This document shows positions 1 to 10,766 of a stretch of DNA of 64,000 nucleotides, piece by piece. The stretch is from Candidatus Omnitrophota bacterium (GTDB taxonomy: Bacteria; Omnitrophota; Gorgyraeia; Pluralincolimonadales; Pluralincolimonadaceae), in the NCBI GenBank assembly GCA_028716565.1, contig JAQUPL010000001.1:211545-275544 (forward strand), read 5' to 3'. A program made the position numbers and the translations under genes. Positions within the stretch are counted from its first letter, which is position 1. Each line of letters begins with the position of its first letter. The notes below the pieces were generated by a model. The model worked only from the letters and a program-made list of their open reading frames with translations, searched no databases and was not told where the DNA came from.

Positions 1-225
1 GTAAGCTATGGCGCTGCCGAATATGAAACCCCTCGCCTCTATCGAGACGACTTTGTCTATCTTCTTTCCCTTATATCTTTCAACGAGGCAGTCAATCGCA
101 CCCTGGAATTTCCTGCCGTCTTTGAGGAGAGTGGTGATATCCTTGAATATTATACCCTTCTTCGGGAAGTCGGGTATATCGCGGATCGACTTTTTCAGTT
201 CTTCAACGATCTTGGGATCATTCAT
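1..225 (-). CDS. apt: adenine phosphoribosyltransferase, partial (N-terminal ~75 codons; gene runs off the window start)
   Basis: Minus-strand translation from the ATG at 225..223 gives [75 protein letters not shown], a type I PRTase / Apt N-terminus. The start overlaps the upstream sigma-factor stop as TAATG. Confidence 0.75.
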   Translation of the reverse strand, partial: MNDPKIVEELKKSIRDIPDFPKKGIIFKDITTLLKDGRKFQGAIDCLVERYKGKKIDKVVSIEARGFIFGSAIAY

Positions 226-1034
226 TATTGCATCTCCTGGGTCGTCATGTTCTTCCTGAGTTTCCTTAATGCCGCCTCTTCTATCTGCCTTACCCTCTCC
301 CGCGTTATCTTGAATTTGTCCGCCACCTCTTCGAGCGTATGCGGGGCGTCGTCTTTAAGGCCGAACCGCATGTTTAGGATCTCCTGCTCCCTCTTGTTCA
401 TCTTTTTGAAGAGGTCGGTGATCTTCTCTTGGCGGAGGAAGTTGGACATCTCATCGCTGGCTGAGGACGCCTTAGTGTCCTCGATAAGGTCCATCATCGT
501 CCCGCTGTCGTCCTCGCCTACCGGTGACTCGAGCGAAGTAGGCTGCGTCATTACGGTCTCGAGCTCCTGCGCCTTCCTTACGGGTATCTGCATCGACTTC
601 GCTATCTCGGCGGTCGTAGGTTTCCTTCCCAGTTTCTGGGAAAGCTTTTCGATGGTCTTCTTCCACCTCGACGTCAACTCCATCATGTAGACCGGGATCC
701 TGACCGTCTTTCCCTGGTTTGCGACCGCGCGGAGGATGTATTGTTTTATCCACCATGCGGCGTAAGTCGAGAAACGGAACCCCTTCTTGTGGTTGAATTT
801 TTTTACGGCCTTCATCAGGCCGAGGTTGCCTTCTTCTATAAGGTCCAGCAGCGGAACACCGAAGTAGCTGTATTTCTTGGCTATGCTGACGACAAGACGG
901 AGGTTCGATTGTATCATCCTCTTCTCCGCCTTGACGTCGCCTTTTTTAGCCAGTTTAGATAACTCTATCTCTTCTTCGGCGGTCAAAAGCGCTATCTTCT
1001 CTATATCCTTGAGATACGCCTTGATCGGTTCCAT
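225..1034 (-). CDS. RNA polymerase sigma factor, sigma-70 family (RpoD/RpoS-like, 269 aa, no region 1.1)
   Basis: Regions 2-4 are recognisable: [43 protein letters not shown] and C-terminal [29 protein letters not shown]. Confidence 0.85.
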   Translation of the reverse strand: MEPIKAYLKDIEKIALLTAEEEIELSKLAKKGDVKAEKRMIQSNLRLVVSIAKKYSYFGVPLLDLIEEGNLGLMKAVKKFNHKKGFRFSTYAAWWIKQYILRAVANQGKTVRIPVYMMELTSRWKKTIEKLSQKLGRKPTTAEIAKSMQIPVRKAQELETVMTQPTSLESPVGEDDSGTMMDLIEDTKASSASDEMSNFLRQEKITDLFKKMNKREQEILNMRFGLKDDAPHTLEEVADKFKITRERVRQIEEAALRKLRKNMTTQEMQ

Positions 1035-1043
1035 GGCCGGTCC

Positions 1044-3791
1044 TTATTTTTCCTTAAGTACAGCCTGTGCCGCGGCAAGCCTTGCGATAGGCACGCGGAA
1101 CGGCGAGCAGCTCACGTAGTCCATCCCTACCCTGTGGCAGAACTCCACTGAACGCGGGTCTCCGCCGTGTTCGCCGCAGATGCCGACCTCGAGGTCCTTG
1201 CGGCCTTTCCTGCCCCGTTCGATGCCTATCTTGATTATTTCTCCGATGCCTTCCTGGTCGATCGTCTGGAACGGGTCGTCCGGGAGTATACCCTTCTTCA
1301 GGTAATCCGGGAGGAACCCGCCGATGTCATCGCGCGAGAAACCGAAGCCCATCTGTGTCATGTCGTTGGTCCCGAACGAGAAGAACTGGGCTACAGTCGC
1401 GAGCTTGTCTGCGACTATCGCGGCCCTCGGTATCTCTATCATCGTCCCGAACATGCACTTTATGGCCTTGAGGTTATATTTCGAGACAACCTCGTCGTAT
1501 ACCTTCTTATATATTGCCATCTGGTCGTTGAGCTCTTTGACGTCGCATACGACCGGTATCATTATCTCAGGATAGGGCTTCTTGCCTTCCTTTATAAGCT
1601 CGGCGGCAGATTCGAATATCGCGCGGATCTGCATCTCGCTAACCTCGGGATAGGTCACCCCTAAACGGACGCCGCGATGGCCCATCATCGGGTTCGACTC
1701 ATGCAGGTTCTCGGCGCGCTTTGAAAGCTCGTCCATGGATATGTTCAAGTCCTTGGCGAGCTGTTCGAGCTTTTCTTTTTCGCGCGGCACGAACTCGTGC
1801 AGCGGCGGGTCGAGCAGCCTGATGACGACAGGGTAGCCGTCCATCGCCTCGATCGTGCCCTTGATGTCCTTCTTGACGTACGGGAAGAGCTCATTTATCG
1901 CTTTCTTCCTCTCATCCAGGGTCTTCGAGACTATCATCTTCCTTAATAAGAAGAGAGGCTCGTCAGAACCCTTTCCGTAGAACATATGCTCTGTCCTGAA
2001 GAGGCCGATGCCCTCTGCGCCGAACTGGCGCGCCCTTGTAGCGTCATCCGGTGTATCGGCATTGGTCCTGACCCCAAGCTTCTTTATGGTGTCGCAGACC
2101 TTGAGGAAATCGTTGAGCAATTGGTTTTCCGAGGAAGCGTCCATCATCGGCAGCTTACCTTCGTAGACGTTGCCTTTTGTGCCGTTCAAGGTTATCCAAT
2201 CGCCTTCCTTAAGGGTCTTGCCTTCGGCCCTCATCTCTTTTTTATCGTAATCGACGTGCAGCGCACCGCATCCTACGACGCAGCATTTGCCCCATCCGCG
2301 CGCGACAAGCGCCGCGTGCGAAGTCATGCCGCCGCGCGCCGTAAGTATGGCCTCCGCAGCCCTCATGCCTTCGACGTCCTCGGGATTGGTCTCCTCGCGG
2401 ACGAGGATGACTTTCTTTCCCTGCTTCCTCCATTCTACTGCGTCATGCGCGGAAAACACTATCTGGCCGCACGCGCCGCCCGGCCCGGCCGGAAGGCCTT
2501 TTGCCATGGGCTTGTGCGCCAATTCGACTTTCGGGTCGATGATAGGATGCAAAAGCTCATCGAGCTGCGCCGGTGTCACGCGCATCACCGCGGTCTGCTT
2601 ATCTATCAATTTTTCCTTGAGCATATCGACAGCCATGCGGACAGCGGCCGGGCCGTTGCGTTTACCGGAACGGCACTGGAGCATGAAAAGCCTGTCCTTC
2701 TCTATCGTGAACTCGATGTCCTGCATGTCATGGTAATGTTTTTCGAGGCGCTTGCGGAAATCGACAAGCTCCTTGTATATCTTAGGCATCACCTCTTCGA
2801 GCGTCTTCAGGGACTTGTTATGTTCCGATTTCGAATACCCGTTTATCGGGCCGGGCGTGCGGATACCCGCGACGACATCTTCGCCCTGCGCGTTAATAAG
2901 GTATTCCCCGTAGAAACCGTTCTCGCCGTTTCCGGGATTACGGGTGAAGGCGACGCCCGTAGCAGAATCCTCACCCATGTTGCCGAAGACCATCGTCTGG
3001 ACGTTTACGGCCGTGCCCCATTCATCGGGTATCCCCTCGATGCGGCGGTAGCTGATCGCGCGCTTGCCGTTCCATGAAGCGAATACAGCGCCGATCCCGC
3101 CCCACATCTGTTCCATCGGGTCGTCCGGGAATTCCTTCTTCAAGACTTCCTTTATCTTTGCCTTGTACTGGTTGCAGATCACCTTGAGGTCGTCGGCGGT
3201 CATATCTGTATCGCTGGAATATCCTTTTTCCCTCTTTAATTTGTCCATTATCCTTTCGAGCTGCTTGCGGATACCCATGTCATCCGCCGGCTCGATGCCC
3301 GCGGCTTTTTCCATTACGACGTCCGAATACATTGTTATTAACCTGCGGTACGCGTCGTATACAAAACGGGTATTCCCGCCGCTCTGCTTGATGAGGCCGG
3401 GGATAGTCTTCTCGGTGAGGCCGACGTTCAATACCGTCTCCATCATGCCGGGCATCGATTTGCGCGCGCCGGAACGGACCGAGACCAATAGAGGATTCGC
3501 CGGGTCGCCGAACTTCCTGCCCATCAATTTTTCGACCTGCGCCAGCGCCTTGTTGACCTGGTCTTTAAGCGCCGCGGGATACGTCCTCTTGTTATCGTAA
3601 TAATATGTGCAGACTTCGGTGGTTATTGTGAACCCCGGAGGGACAGGCAGTTTTAAGTCCCTATGGCCCGCCATCTCCGCAAGGTTGGCGCCTTTGCCAC
3701 CCAGGAGATTTTTCATGCTTTCGTTGCCGTCGGCTTTGCCGCCGCCGAAAGAATAAACGTATTTTTTACTGCCCTTTGACTTTGTTGCCAT
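1044..3791 (-). CDS. ppdK: pyruvate, phosphate dikinase
   Basis: 915 aa with a GGKGANLAEM ATP-grasp N-terminus, a central phosphohistidine region (GGMTSHAALVARGWGKCCV) and a PEP-utilising C-terminus (GEHGGDP). Confidence 0.95.
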   Translation of the reverse strand: MATKSKGSKKYVYSFGGGKADGNESMKNLLGGKGANLAEMAGHRDLKLPVPPGFTITTEVCTYYYDNKRTYPAALKDQVNKALAQVEKLMGRKFGDPANPLLVSVRSGARKSMPGMMETVLNVGLTEKTIPGLIKQSGGNTRFVYDAYRRLITMYSDVVMEKAAGIEPADDMGIRKQLERIMDKLKREKGYSSDTDMTADDLKVICNQYKAKIKEVLKKEFPDDPMEQMWGGIGAVFASWNGKRAISYRRIEGIPDEWGTAVNVQTMVFGNMGEDSATGVAFTRNPGNGENGFYGEYLINAQGEDVVAGIRTPGPINGYSKSEHNKSLKTLEEVMPKIYKELVDFRKRLEKHYHDMQDIEFTIEKDRLFMLQCRSGKRNGPAAVRMAVDMLKEKLIDKQTAVMRVTPAQLDELLHPIIDPKVELAHKPMAKGLPAGPGGACGQIVFSAHDAVEWRKQGKKVILVREETNPEDVEGMRAAEAILTARGGMTSHAALVARGWGKCCVVGCGALHVDYDKKEMRAEGKTLKEGDWITLNGTKGNVYEGKLPMMDASSENQLLNDFLKVCDTIKKLGVRTNADTPDDATRARQFGAEGIGLFRTEHMFYGKGSDEPLFLLRKMIVSKTLDERKKAINELFPYVKKDIKGTIEAMDGYPVVIRLLDPPLHEFVPREKEKLEQLAKDLNISMDELSKRAENLHESNPMMGHRGVRLGVTYPEVSEMQIRAIFESAAELIKEGKKPYPEIMIPVVCDVKELNDQMAIYKKVYDEVVSKYNLKAIKCMFGTMIEIPRAAIVADKLATVAQFFSFGTNDMTQMGFGFSRDDIGGFLPDYLKKGILPDDPFQTIDQEGIGEIIKIGIERGRKGRKDLEVGICGEHGGDPRSVEFCHRVGMDYVSCSPFRVPIARLAAAQAVLKEK

Positions 3792-3819
3792 TGCTTTACA
3801 ACCCCCTTTTCTTAGTTGC

Positions 3820-5124
3820 CTACCTTAGCTTTTCTTCCAAATAGTTATTTAAATTATCTATAGGAACCCGTTCCTGCTGCATCGTATCCCTTTGGCGCAC
3901 CGTCACCTGTTTATCTTCCAGCGATTGCACGTCCACGGTCACGCAGTAAAGCGTGCCTACTTCGTCCTGCCTGCGGTAAAGCTTGCCGATCGCGCCTGTA
4001 TCGTCGTATATCGCGACCATGCTCTTCTTGAGGTCCTTCGTGATCCTTTTTGCCAGCTCCACAATTTCCGGCCGGTTCCTTAAAAGCGGGAATACCGCAA
4101 CCTTTACAGGAGCCAGGTCTTTATCCAGTTTTAAGACTACCCGCATATCATCTTTGACCTTCTCTTCGTTATAGGCATCCACCAGTAACGCCAGGACGCT
4201 CCTGTCTACTCCGCCGGAAGGTTCGATGATATAGGGATAGAATTTTTCTTTTGTCGCAGCGTCAAAATATTGGAGCTCCTGGCCGCTTGCCTTGCTGTGC
4301 TGCTTCAGGTCGAAATCCGTGCGGTTAGCAACGCCCTCCAGTTCGCTCCAGCCGAAAGGAAAATTATATTCTATATCGGTGCAGGCCTTGGCGTAATGAG
4401 CCAGCTCTTCCTTGCCGTGGGGACGCAGGCGTAAATTGTCTTTCTTGATGCCTAAGCCGAGGTACCAGTTAAAACGCGCCTCGACCCATTCATCCAGTTT
4501 TTTATCCGCTTCTTCGGGCCGGACAAAATATTCTATCTCCATCTGTTCGAACTCGCGCGTGCGGAAAGTGAAGTTGCCGGGCGTTATCTCGTTGCGGAAC
4601 GCCTTGCCGATCTGCGCCAGGCCGAAAGGCAGTTTCGGATGCCTTGTGTCCAGGATATTCATGAAATTCACGAACATCCCCTGCGCTGTCTCGGGCCGGA
4701 GATATATGGCGTTCGCCGAGTCTTCCACCACGCCCTGGTATGTCTTGAACATCAGGTTGAACGGCCGTGCCTCGGTCAATTCGCCGCCGCATTCCGGGCA
4801 TTTTCTGCTCTCTTTAAGGTCCTCGGCCTTAAACCTTTTCTTGCACGACTTACAGTCGCTCTTCATGTCAAAGAAATTCTCTACGTGGCCTGAAGCCTGC
4901 CAAACCCTGGGATTCATGAGGATCGCCGCGTCCATTCCGTATACGTCATCCCGTCCGTGAACGACGGACTTCCACCAGGAGCGCTTAAGGTTATTCTTCA
5001 GCTCGGCGCCGTAGGGGCCGTAGTCCCAGGTATTGCTCAAGCCGCCGTAGATCTCGGATGATTGGAAGATGAAACCCCGGCGCTTGCATAGCGAAACGAC
5101 TTTGTCCATCAGGTTTTCGTTCAT
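3820..5124 (-). CDS. glyQS: glycine--tRNA ligase (dimeric class II GlyQS type)
   Basis: 434 aa; MNENLMDKVVSLCKRRGFIFQSSEIYGGLSNTWDYGPYG is the typical GlyRS N-terminus, followed by a C-terminal anticodon-binding domain. Confidence 0.93.
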   Translation of the reverse strand: MNENLMDKVVSLCKRRGFIFQSSEIYGGLSNTWDYGPYGAELKNNLKRSWWKSVVHGRDDVYGMDAAILMNPRVWQASGHVENFFDMKSDCKSCKKRFKAEDLKESRKCPECGGELTEARPFNLMFKTYQGVVEDSANAIYLRPETAQGMFVNFMNILDTRHPKLPFGLAQIGKAFRNEITPGNFTFRTREFEQMEIEYFVRPEEADKKLDEWVEARFNWYLGLGIKKDNLRLRPHGKEELAHYAKACTDIEYNFPFGWSELEGVANRTDFDLKQHSKASGQELQYFDAATKEKFYPYIIEPSGGVDRSVLALLVDAYNEEKVKDDMRVVLKLDKDLAPVKVAVFPLLRNRPEIVELAKRITKDLKKSMVAIYDDTGAIGKLYRRQDEVGTLYCVTVDVQSLEDKQVTVRQRDTMQQERVPIDNLNNYLEEKLR

Positions 5125-5196
5125 GGTTTTTTTAATTTAAGCATAGGTTAAGTAAAGTATCACAGATCGGATAAAATATCAAGTAGTTCCCGGACT

Positions 5197-5877
5197 TTAC
5201 TCCCGTTTATTCAGCCTTTTTATTTCGTTAAGGAATTTTTTTGACCTTAGCGGCCTATCGAGGTGCGACGCCAGGAGCTTTTCCACAAGCGAACCGAGCT
5301 CCTGCTCTATCGACTTCGATATCCTGAACTTCAACAGCGAATCCCACGCCGCGTTCTTAAGCCGGTTGAAGGTCTGGGCTGTCCCCGGCGATACCTTGAT
5401 CCCGCCGACGTTGCTGCCTTCGGCGGCCGGGCCGAAACCCAAAAGCGTCAGCAGGCGGATCTCGAATACGCGGGTTATCTTCGTCGGCTCAGATCCCTTT
5501 GACAACAGCCTCAGCGAGTTAAGGAGCAGCCCGTATATATCGCCGTTCTTTTCGGCCGGCTCGGTCAGCTCATCGACCAACTCGACCAGATACGTCGCGT
5601 GCGCTATCGCACCCAGGCTTTTGCGTATGCCGAAGAACCCGTCTTCCAGGTCGCACTGGGTTATGTTCTGGAATTCGCTCTTCGTTTTTTCATAGAACAC
5701 TATCTTGTTCAGGGTGAATAATTCGGCGAAACTCCCGTATTTCGACCTGTCGCCGCGGATCCCCTTAAGGATCCCTTTTATCTTTCCGAAATCTTTGGAA
5801 TAAAAAGTCGCTAATATGCTGGTCTCTCTGAGGTCCCGCCTGTTCAGGACGATGGCCTCAGTTGTCTGTATCGCCAT
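5197..5877 (-). CDS. recO: DNA repair protein RecO
   Basis: 226 aa; N-terminal OB fold (TEAIVLNRRDLRETSILATFYSKDFGKIKGILKG) and RecO C-terminal domain. Lies downstream of the ybeY/dgkA block, as is common. Confidence 0.88.
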   Translation of the reverse strand: MAIQTTEAIVLNRRDLRETSILATFYSKDFGKIKGILKGIRGDRSKYGSFAELFTLNKIVFYEKTKSEFQNITQCDLEDGFFGIRKSLGAIAHATYLVELVDELTEPAEKNGDIYGLLLNSLRLLSKGSEPTKITRVFEIRLLTLLGFGPAAEGSNVGGIKVSPGTAQTFNRLKNAAWDSLLKFRISKSIEQELGSLVEKLLASHLDRPLRSKKFLNEIKRLNKRE

Positions 5878-6514
5878 CCTTCTTCTTTATTTTGACCCTT
5901 TCGGGCAGCGGGACGATTCCTCCCGAGATGACCAGTTTAAGCCCTTCCTCCACGCTCATGTCCAGCTTTATCATCTCCTTTTCCGGCACAAGAAGTAAAA
6001 ATCCCGAAGTAGGATTAGGCGAGGTTGGGACAAAGACGTTTGTTACCCTTGTCACGGTCTTGTCCTGGAGCTCTCCCTTGCCTTCATATGTCACGAACCC
6101 TATGGCGTAGATGCCCGGCCTGGGGAACGCGACAAGCACGACCCTGGTAAATATGCTCTTCGACTGGCCGAGGATGGCATGGCTCATCTCTTTTATGGCG
6201 CCGTAGATCTTGCCTATCATTGGCAGTTGGGAGATATTTTTTTCCCAAAAAGAGAAGAACTTCCTTAAAAATAAGATCCTGGTGCCGAAGCCTATGAGTG
6301 AAATTATGACGACAAGAAAGACAAGAGTAAGGACCTTCGCTATGTATTCGAGGATAGTGCTGTCAAGGATGAACGGCCGCAGGAAGTCCGCTATGGGCTC
6401 AAGCAGGAAATAGTTGGTTTTAACAACAGCGAATTTTACCAGCCAGATGGTTATTAAGGCCGGAAGTATTACCGCGACGCCCGTGATAAAATTCTTTCTG
6501 ATGCTTGTGAACAT
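5858..6514 (-). CDS. DUF502 family membrane protein
   Basis: 218 aa; two N-terminal TM helices followed by a conserved DUF502-like core (IGKIYGAIKEM...RVVLVAFPRPGIYAIGFVT...VFVPTSPNPTSGFLLLVP). Confidence 0.7.
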   Translation of the reverse strand: MFTSIRKNFITGVAVILPALITIWLVKFAVVKTNYFLLEPIADFLRPFILDSTILEYIAKVLTLVFLVVIISLIGFGTRILFLRKFFSFWEKNISQLPMIGKIYGAIKEMSHAILGQSKSIFTRVVLVAFPRPGIYAIGFVTYEGKGELQDKTVTRVTNVFVPTSPNPTSGFLLLVPEKEMIKLDMSVEEGLKLVISGGIVPLPERVKIKKKDGDTDN

Positions 6515-6515
6515 A

Positions 6516-7223
6516 TCAGCCCCTGTATAAAAGTTCGAATATCAGAAGCGTGGCGAGTATGCCGACCACAGATCCGGCTATCGCCTCCCATACCGTATGC
6601 AGCCCTTTCCTTACCCTCGATATGGCCAACAGTATCGCCATCAGGAAGGCAAGCGCGGAGGCCACGCCGTTGAGGGTAAGCAGTGTTATCACGGTAAAGA
6701 CAGAGAAACCGAGCGCCGAATGGCCGCTGGGCCAGCCGCCCCTTAGCGGCGTCCCCCTCCTCAAAAGTATCTTGATTATTATCACCAGGGAAATTACCGC
6801 GACGAGCGCGATGAAAGTGATGTGCCAGGGCGATTGCCTTATGCGGGAGATGCCCTCAGAGAGGTCTATTAGTTTTACCGTCTTGAAGAAGATCAAGTAT
6901 CCGACTATGACAGCGTAAACGGACGTGACGAAGACGCACCCTGCCGCGATATCCTTCGCCAGCTTGGCCATATGGTGGAATTCCTTGGTGAACATATCTA
7001 CGGCCAGTTCGAGGGCAGTATTGAACATCTCGGCTACGATCACCAGGGTGACCGCGCTTAAAAGCAGGATGAATTCCACGGGCGGCAGTCCCGCGACCAG
7101 GCCGAGTATTATGACCGCCGCGCCTATCACAAAATGGATGCGCATGTTCCGTTGGGTCTTGAGCGTATGCTTAAGCCCCTCTATCGCGTAATTGAAAGAC
7201 TCTGTAAGGCCGCGTTTTTTCAT
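6516..7223 (-). CDS. dgkA: fusion protein: prokaryotic diacylglycerol/undecaprenol kinase (DgkA) domain + PAP2 lipid-phosphate phosphatase domain
   Basis: The N-terminal 120 aa match DAGK_prokar (SFNYAIEGLKH...VAEMFNTALE). The C-terminal half carries PAP2 motifs K-x7-P (KILLRRGTP), PSGH and SR-x5-H-x3-E (SRVRKGLHTVWE). Confidence 0.8.
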   Translation of the reverse strand: MKKRGLTESFNYAIEGLKHTLKTQRNMRIHFVIGAAVIILGLVAGLPPVEFILLLSAVTLVIVAEMFNTALELAVDMFTKEFHHMAKLAKDIAAGCVFVTSVYAVIVGYLIFFKTVKLIDLSEGISRIRQSPWHITFIALVAVISLVIIIKILLRRGTPLRGGWPSGHSALGFSVFTVITLLTLNGVASALAFLMAILLAISRVRKGLHTVWEAIAGSVVGILATLLIFELLYRG

Positions 7224-7621
7224 AATCCCCGGAGGATCCTTCCTTCCGCTCTTCTCATCTCTTTCCTTTTCGACGAAGAGGTATCGTCGTATCCGGAGAG
7301 ATGGAGTATCCCGTGCACGATGTATAATCTCAATTCTTCCGCCGCCGTGGACCCGAAACGCCTGGAATTTTTTGCGGCCGTTTGCGCCGATATGGCGATA
7401 TCCCCGCTCTCGAAGGCTATCACGTCGGTGCTCTTATCCCTCTTCCTGTATTTTTTATTCAACCTTCTTATTCCCGCGTCATCCGTAAAGAGTATGCAGA
7501 TACGGTCCCTGTTTCCCCCGGCCATCGACAATATCTTTTCAGCGCACTTTACGGCTGCCTTTTTAGGGAACGGCAGCTTTACGCCTTCGGTCAATACGGC
7601 AACGCGGCCCGGCTTAGGCAC
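7220..7621 (-). CDS. ybeY: rRNA maturation endoribonuclease YbeY
   Basis: 133 aa; metal-binding motif HGILHLSGYDD (HxxxHxxGxxH family). Confidence 0.9.
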   Translation of the reverse strand: MPKPGRVAVLTEGVKLPFPKKAAVKCAEKILSMAGGNRDRICILFTDDAGIRRLNKKYRKRDKSTDVIAFESGDIAISAQTAAKNSRRFGSTAAEELRLYIVHGILHLSGYDDTSSSKRKEMRRAEGRILRGL

Positions 7622-7624
7622 CCC

Positions 7625-9808
7625 TTATTCCTTGCCGTTCGGGTACTGGACCCTGGTGTGGTATACGCCTGTCAGGACCTTGGTGAAGGTGACCGCTATT
7701 ATATTCAGGTCCTTTAAGGTAAGGTCGCACTCGTCCAGCTGGCCGTCGATGAATTTATTGTTTATTATCCTGCGGACAAGTTCCTCGAGGTTCGCCGGGG
7801 TCGGGTTTTGAAGGGTGCGCGACGCGGCCTCGACCGAGTCCGCCAAATGGACTATCGCGGTCTCCTTGGTCTGGGGTTTCGGGCCGGGATAGCGGAACCC
7901 CTCTTCCTCAAGCTTGTTGAGGTCCTCAACCGATTCCAAAGCCCTCTGGTAGAAATAATATATGAGCCCGGTCCCGTGATGCTGTTCGATGAAATCCATC
8001 AGGGCGCTGTTCAGGCCGGCCTTCTTCGCCTTTTCGAGGCCGTCTTTCACGTGGTTTATTATTATGAGGCTCGACATCGTCGGCGCGAGCTTGTCGTGCT
8101 GGCTTTCGGTTATGGGCTGGTTCTCGGCGAAATATTCGGACTTCTCCACTTTTCCGATATCGTGGTAGTAAGACCCGACCCTTGCCAGGAGGCCGTTCGC
8201 GCCTATCGCGTCGCAGGCAGACTCGGCGAGGTTTCCCACTATCAGGCTGTGGTGGTAGGTGCCCGGCGCCTTGAGTATCAGTTCCTTTAGCAGCGGGTTA
8301 TTCGGGTCGGCCAATTCTAGCAGGGAGATGTTCGTCGTCATCTTGAATAGCGATTCGAATATATGGAGCGTGCCCACGATGATTATCCCGACCGCGATGC
8401 CGTTCATCAGGAACATGGACGCGTCCTTGAATATTACGCTGCTTTCGAGGTTATTAAGTATGCCGAGGCCGATGACGCAGACGGCGTTAGTGACGCCCAC
8501 GACCATGCCGGCCTTGAAGAGCTCAGATCTTTTCCTTACCGCCCTTACCGTGTATATGCCTACCACGCTGCCGGCGATGAATACCAGCGTCGAATCGAAC
8601 CTTTCGCCGCCCACCAGCCCGGCGAGTATGCTCAATGCCATGGCGATGATTATGGCCGGCCTCACGCCCAACAAAAGGCCGATCAATATCGGCACTATCG
8701 CGACCGGCACGAAATACGCGGGGCCGTTCGAAAGGGAGATGGCCTTGCCTATCGCCGTGATCACTACGGCCATGGCCGCCATAAGTACGAGATGCCTGTT
8801 GTTTGAGTAGATCGAGGGTTCGTAATATTTTAAATAAAGGCCTGTTATGATGACAAGTATGATCACGATGAAAAAGATGCCGAGTATCGACAGCGCGAAC
8901 CTTTGTTCGGATACCGAGGCCGCGCGCAGGGCCTCGAATTTCGCGAGATGGAACGGCGTTATCCTCTCTCCCCTGTTGGCTATCAGCTCGCCTTGGACGA
9001 CATCTACGGATTTTTCCTGGGCAGGCACACCGGTTATAGCTTCCTCGCGCCGTCTGGAGGTTTCGACCGCATTCGATTTCAGATTGGCGGATACTGTTGC
9101 CGAGATGATAGCCCTCATAACGGATTTAAGTTTATTGTCGGCCAGGGTTGAGTCGGCGAACAAAGGCTGTGAGGGATTCTGGAAGTCGGAGGCGGCCTTA
9201 AGGTTCTTGACCTCGGCGCCATATTCTGTTTTTCCGGAAATGTTCCTGACCGTTATGGAGGGCTTGTCCTGTTTTTTCAGGTTTTCTTTATCTTCGGCCG
9301 GGATGACGCCCTGCGAAAAGATAACCTCCAGCTGGCCAAGGATAGGCGCCTCCGCCTTTTCGGATTCCGGGGAAGCCAGCAGCGCCTTGAAGTCGTTATC
9401 TGAAAGTTCGATCTTGCTAGCGGACTTGAGCTTTGCGATCCGGTCCTCAGGTCCGGCATCTCCCGCCGCTTTCAGCTCTTTGAGCGCGGAGAAGAGGGCC
9501 TTGATATTTTGCGCGGACTTATCGTATACGGCCGGGTCGATGTCGTAGACATCTTTTACGGAGAGCGCCGCCTCATTTTTAAGCCTCGCGGTCTTTTCCG
9601 CATCTAATCCGGCATTGAACGAGAAATCGACCGGGGCGTATATATTCCTGTCCGCGACCTTGCCTACCTGCGGCTGGCCGCCGTAAGGGGTCTTGCCTAT
9701 GTATATGACCGATACGAGCGCCACGCAGGTCGCGGCTGCAATAAGCCACCTCACCGTTATCTCACGCGGCATAGGTTCAGGTCTTTTGAATATATCCATG
9801 CTATGCAC
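7625..9808 (-). CDS. 7TM-receptor-coupled HD phosphohydrolase (YqfF/PgpH-like, candidate cyclic-dinucleotide phosphodiesterase)
   Basis: 727 aa; N-terminal extracytoplasmic region, 7 TM helices, then a C-terminal HD domain (YHHSLIVGNLAESAC...SYYHDIGKVEKSEYF...). Sits between phoH and ybeY as yqfF does. Confidence 0.85.
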   Translation of the reverse strand: MHSMDIFKRPEPMPREITVRWLIAAATCVALVSVIYIGKTPYGGQPQVGKVADRNIYAPVDFSFNAGLDAEKTARLKNEAALSVKDVYDIDPAVYDKSAQNIKALFSALKELKAAGDAGPEDRIAKLKSASKIELSDNDFKALLASPESEKAEAPILGQLEVIFSQGVIPAEDKENLKKQDKPSITVRNISGKTEYGAEVKNLKAASDFQNPSQPLFADSTLADNKLKSVMRAIISATVSANLKSNAVETSRRREEAITGVPAQEKSVDVVQGELIANRGERITPFHLAKFEALRAASVSEQRFALSILGIFFIVIILVIITGLYLKYYEPSIYSNNRHLVLMAAMAVVITAIGKAISLSNGPAYFVPVAIVPILIGLLLGVRPAIIIAMALSILAGLVGGERFDSTLVFIAGSVVGIYTVRAVRKRSELFKAGMVVGVTNAVCVIGLGILNNLESSVIFKDASMFLMNGIAVGIIIVGTLHIFESLFKMTTNISLLELADPNNPLLKELILKAPGTYHHSLIVGNLAESACDAIGANGLLARVGSYYHDIGKVEKSEYFAENQPITESQHDKLAPTMSSLIIINHVKDGLEKAKKAGLNSALMDFIEQHHGTGLIYYFYQRALESVEDLNKLEEEGFRYPGPKPQTKETAIVHLADSVEAASRTLQNPTPANLEELVRRIINNKFIDGQLDECDLTLKDLNIIAVTFTKVLTGVYHTRVQYPNGKE

Positions 9809-9809
9809 C

Positions 9810-10760
<951 letters not shown>

Positions 10761-10766
10761 ATGCCC

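Noticed and set aside
8-259. 83-aa plus-strand ORF at the window start
   Set aside because: Antisense to the apt N-terminus and the sigma-factor C-terminus. No SD or promoter and no homology signal, so it is spurious.
1986-3077. 363-aa plus-strand ORF (and several similar long plus-strand ORFs: 14879-15769, 18607-19389, 22059-22874, 25547-26503, 32676-33170, 45095-45682, 47676-48320)
   Set aside because: All are antisense to strongly conserved minus-strand genes (ppdK, dnaE, guaA, groEL, uvrB, valS, PGM, ruvX/manC). Their translations are Arg/Ala/Gly/Pro-rich low-complexity sequence typical of spurious reverse-frame ORFs in high-GC DNA, and none has a recognisable domain.
5858-5877. 20-bp recO / DUF502 overlap as a possible frameshift or annotation error
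   Set aside because: Both proteins are full-length by comparison with their families. Short start/stop overlaps are the norm throughout this window.
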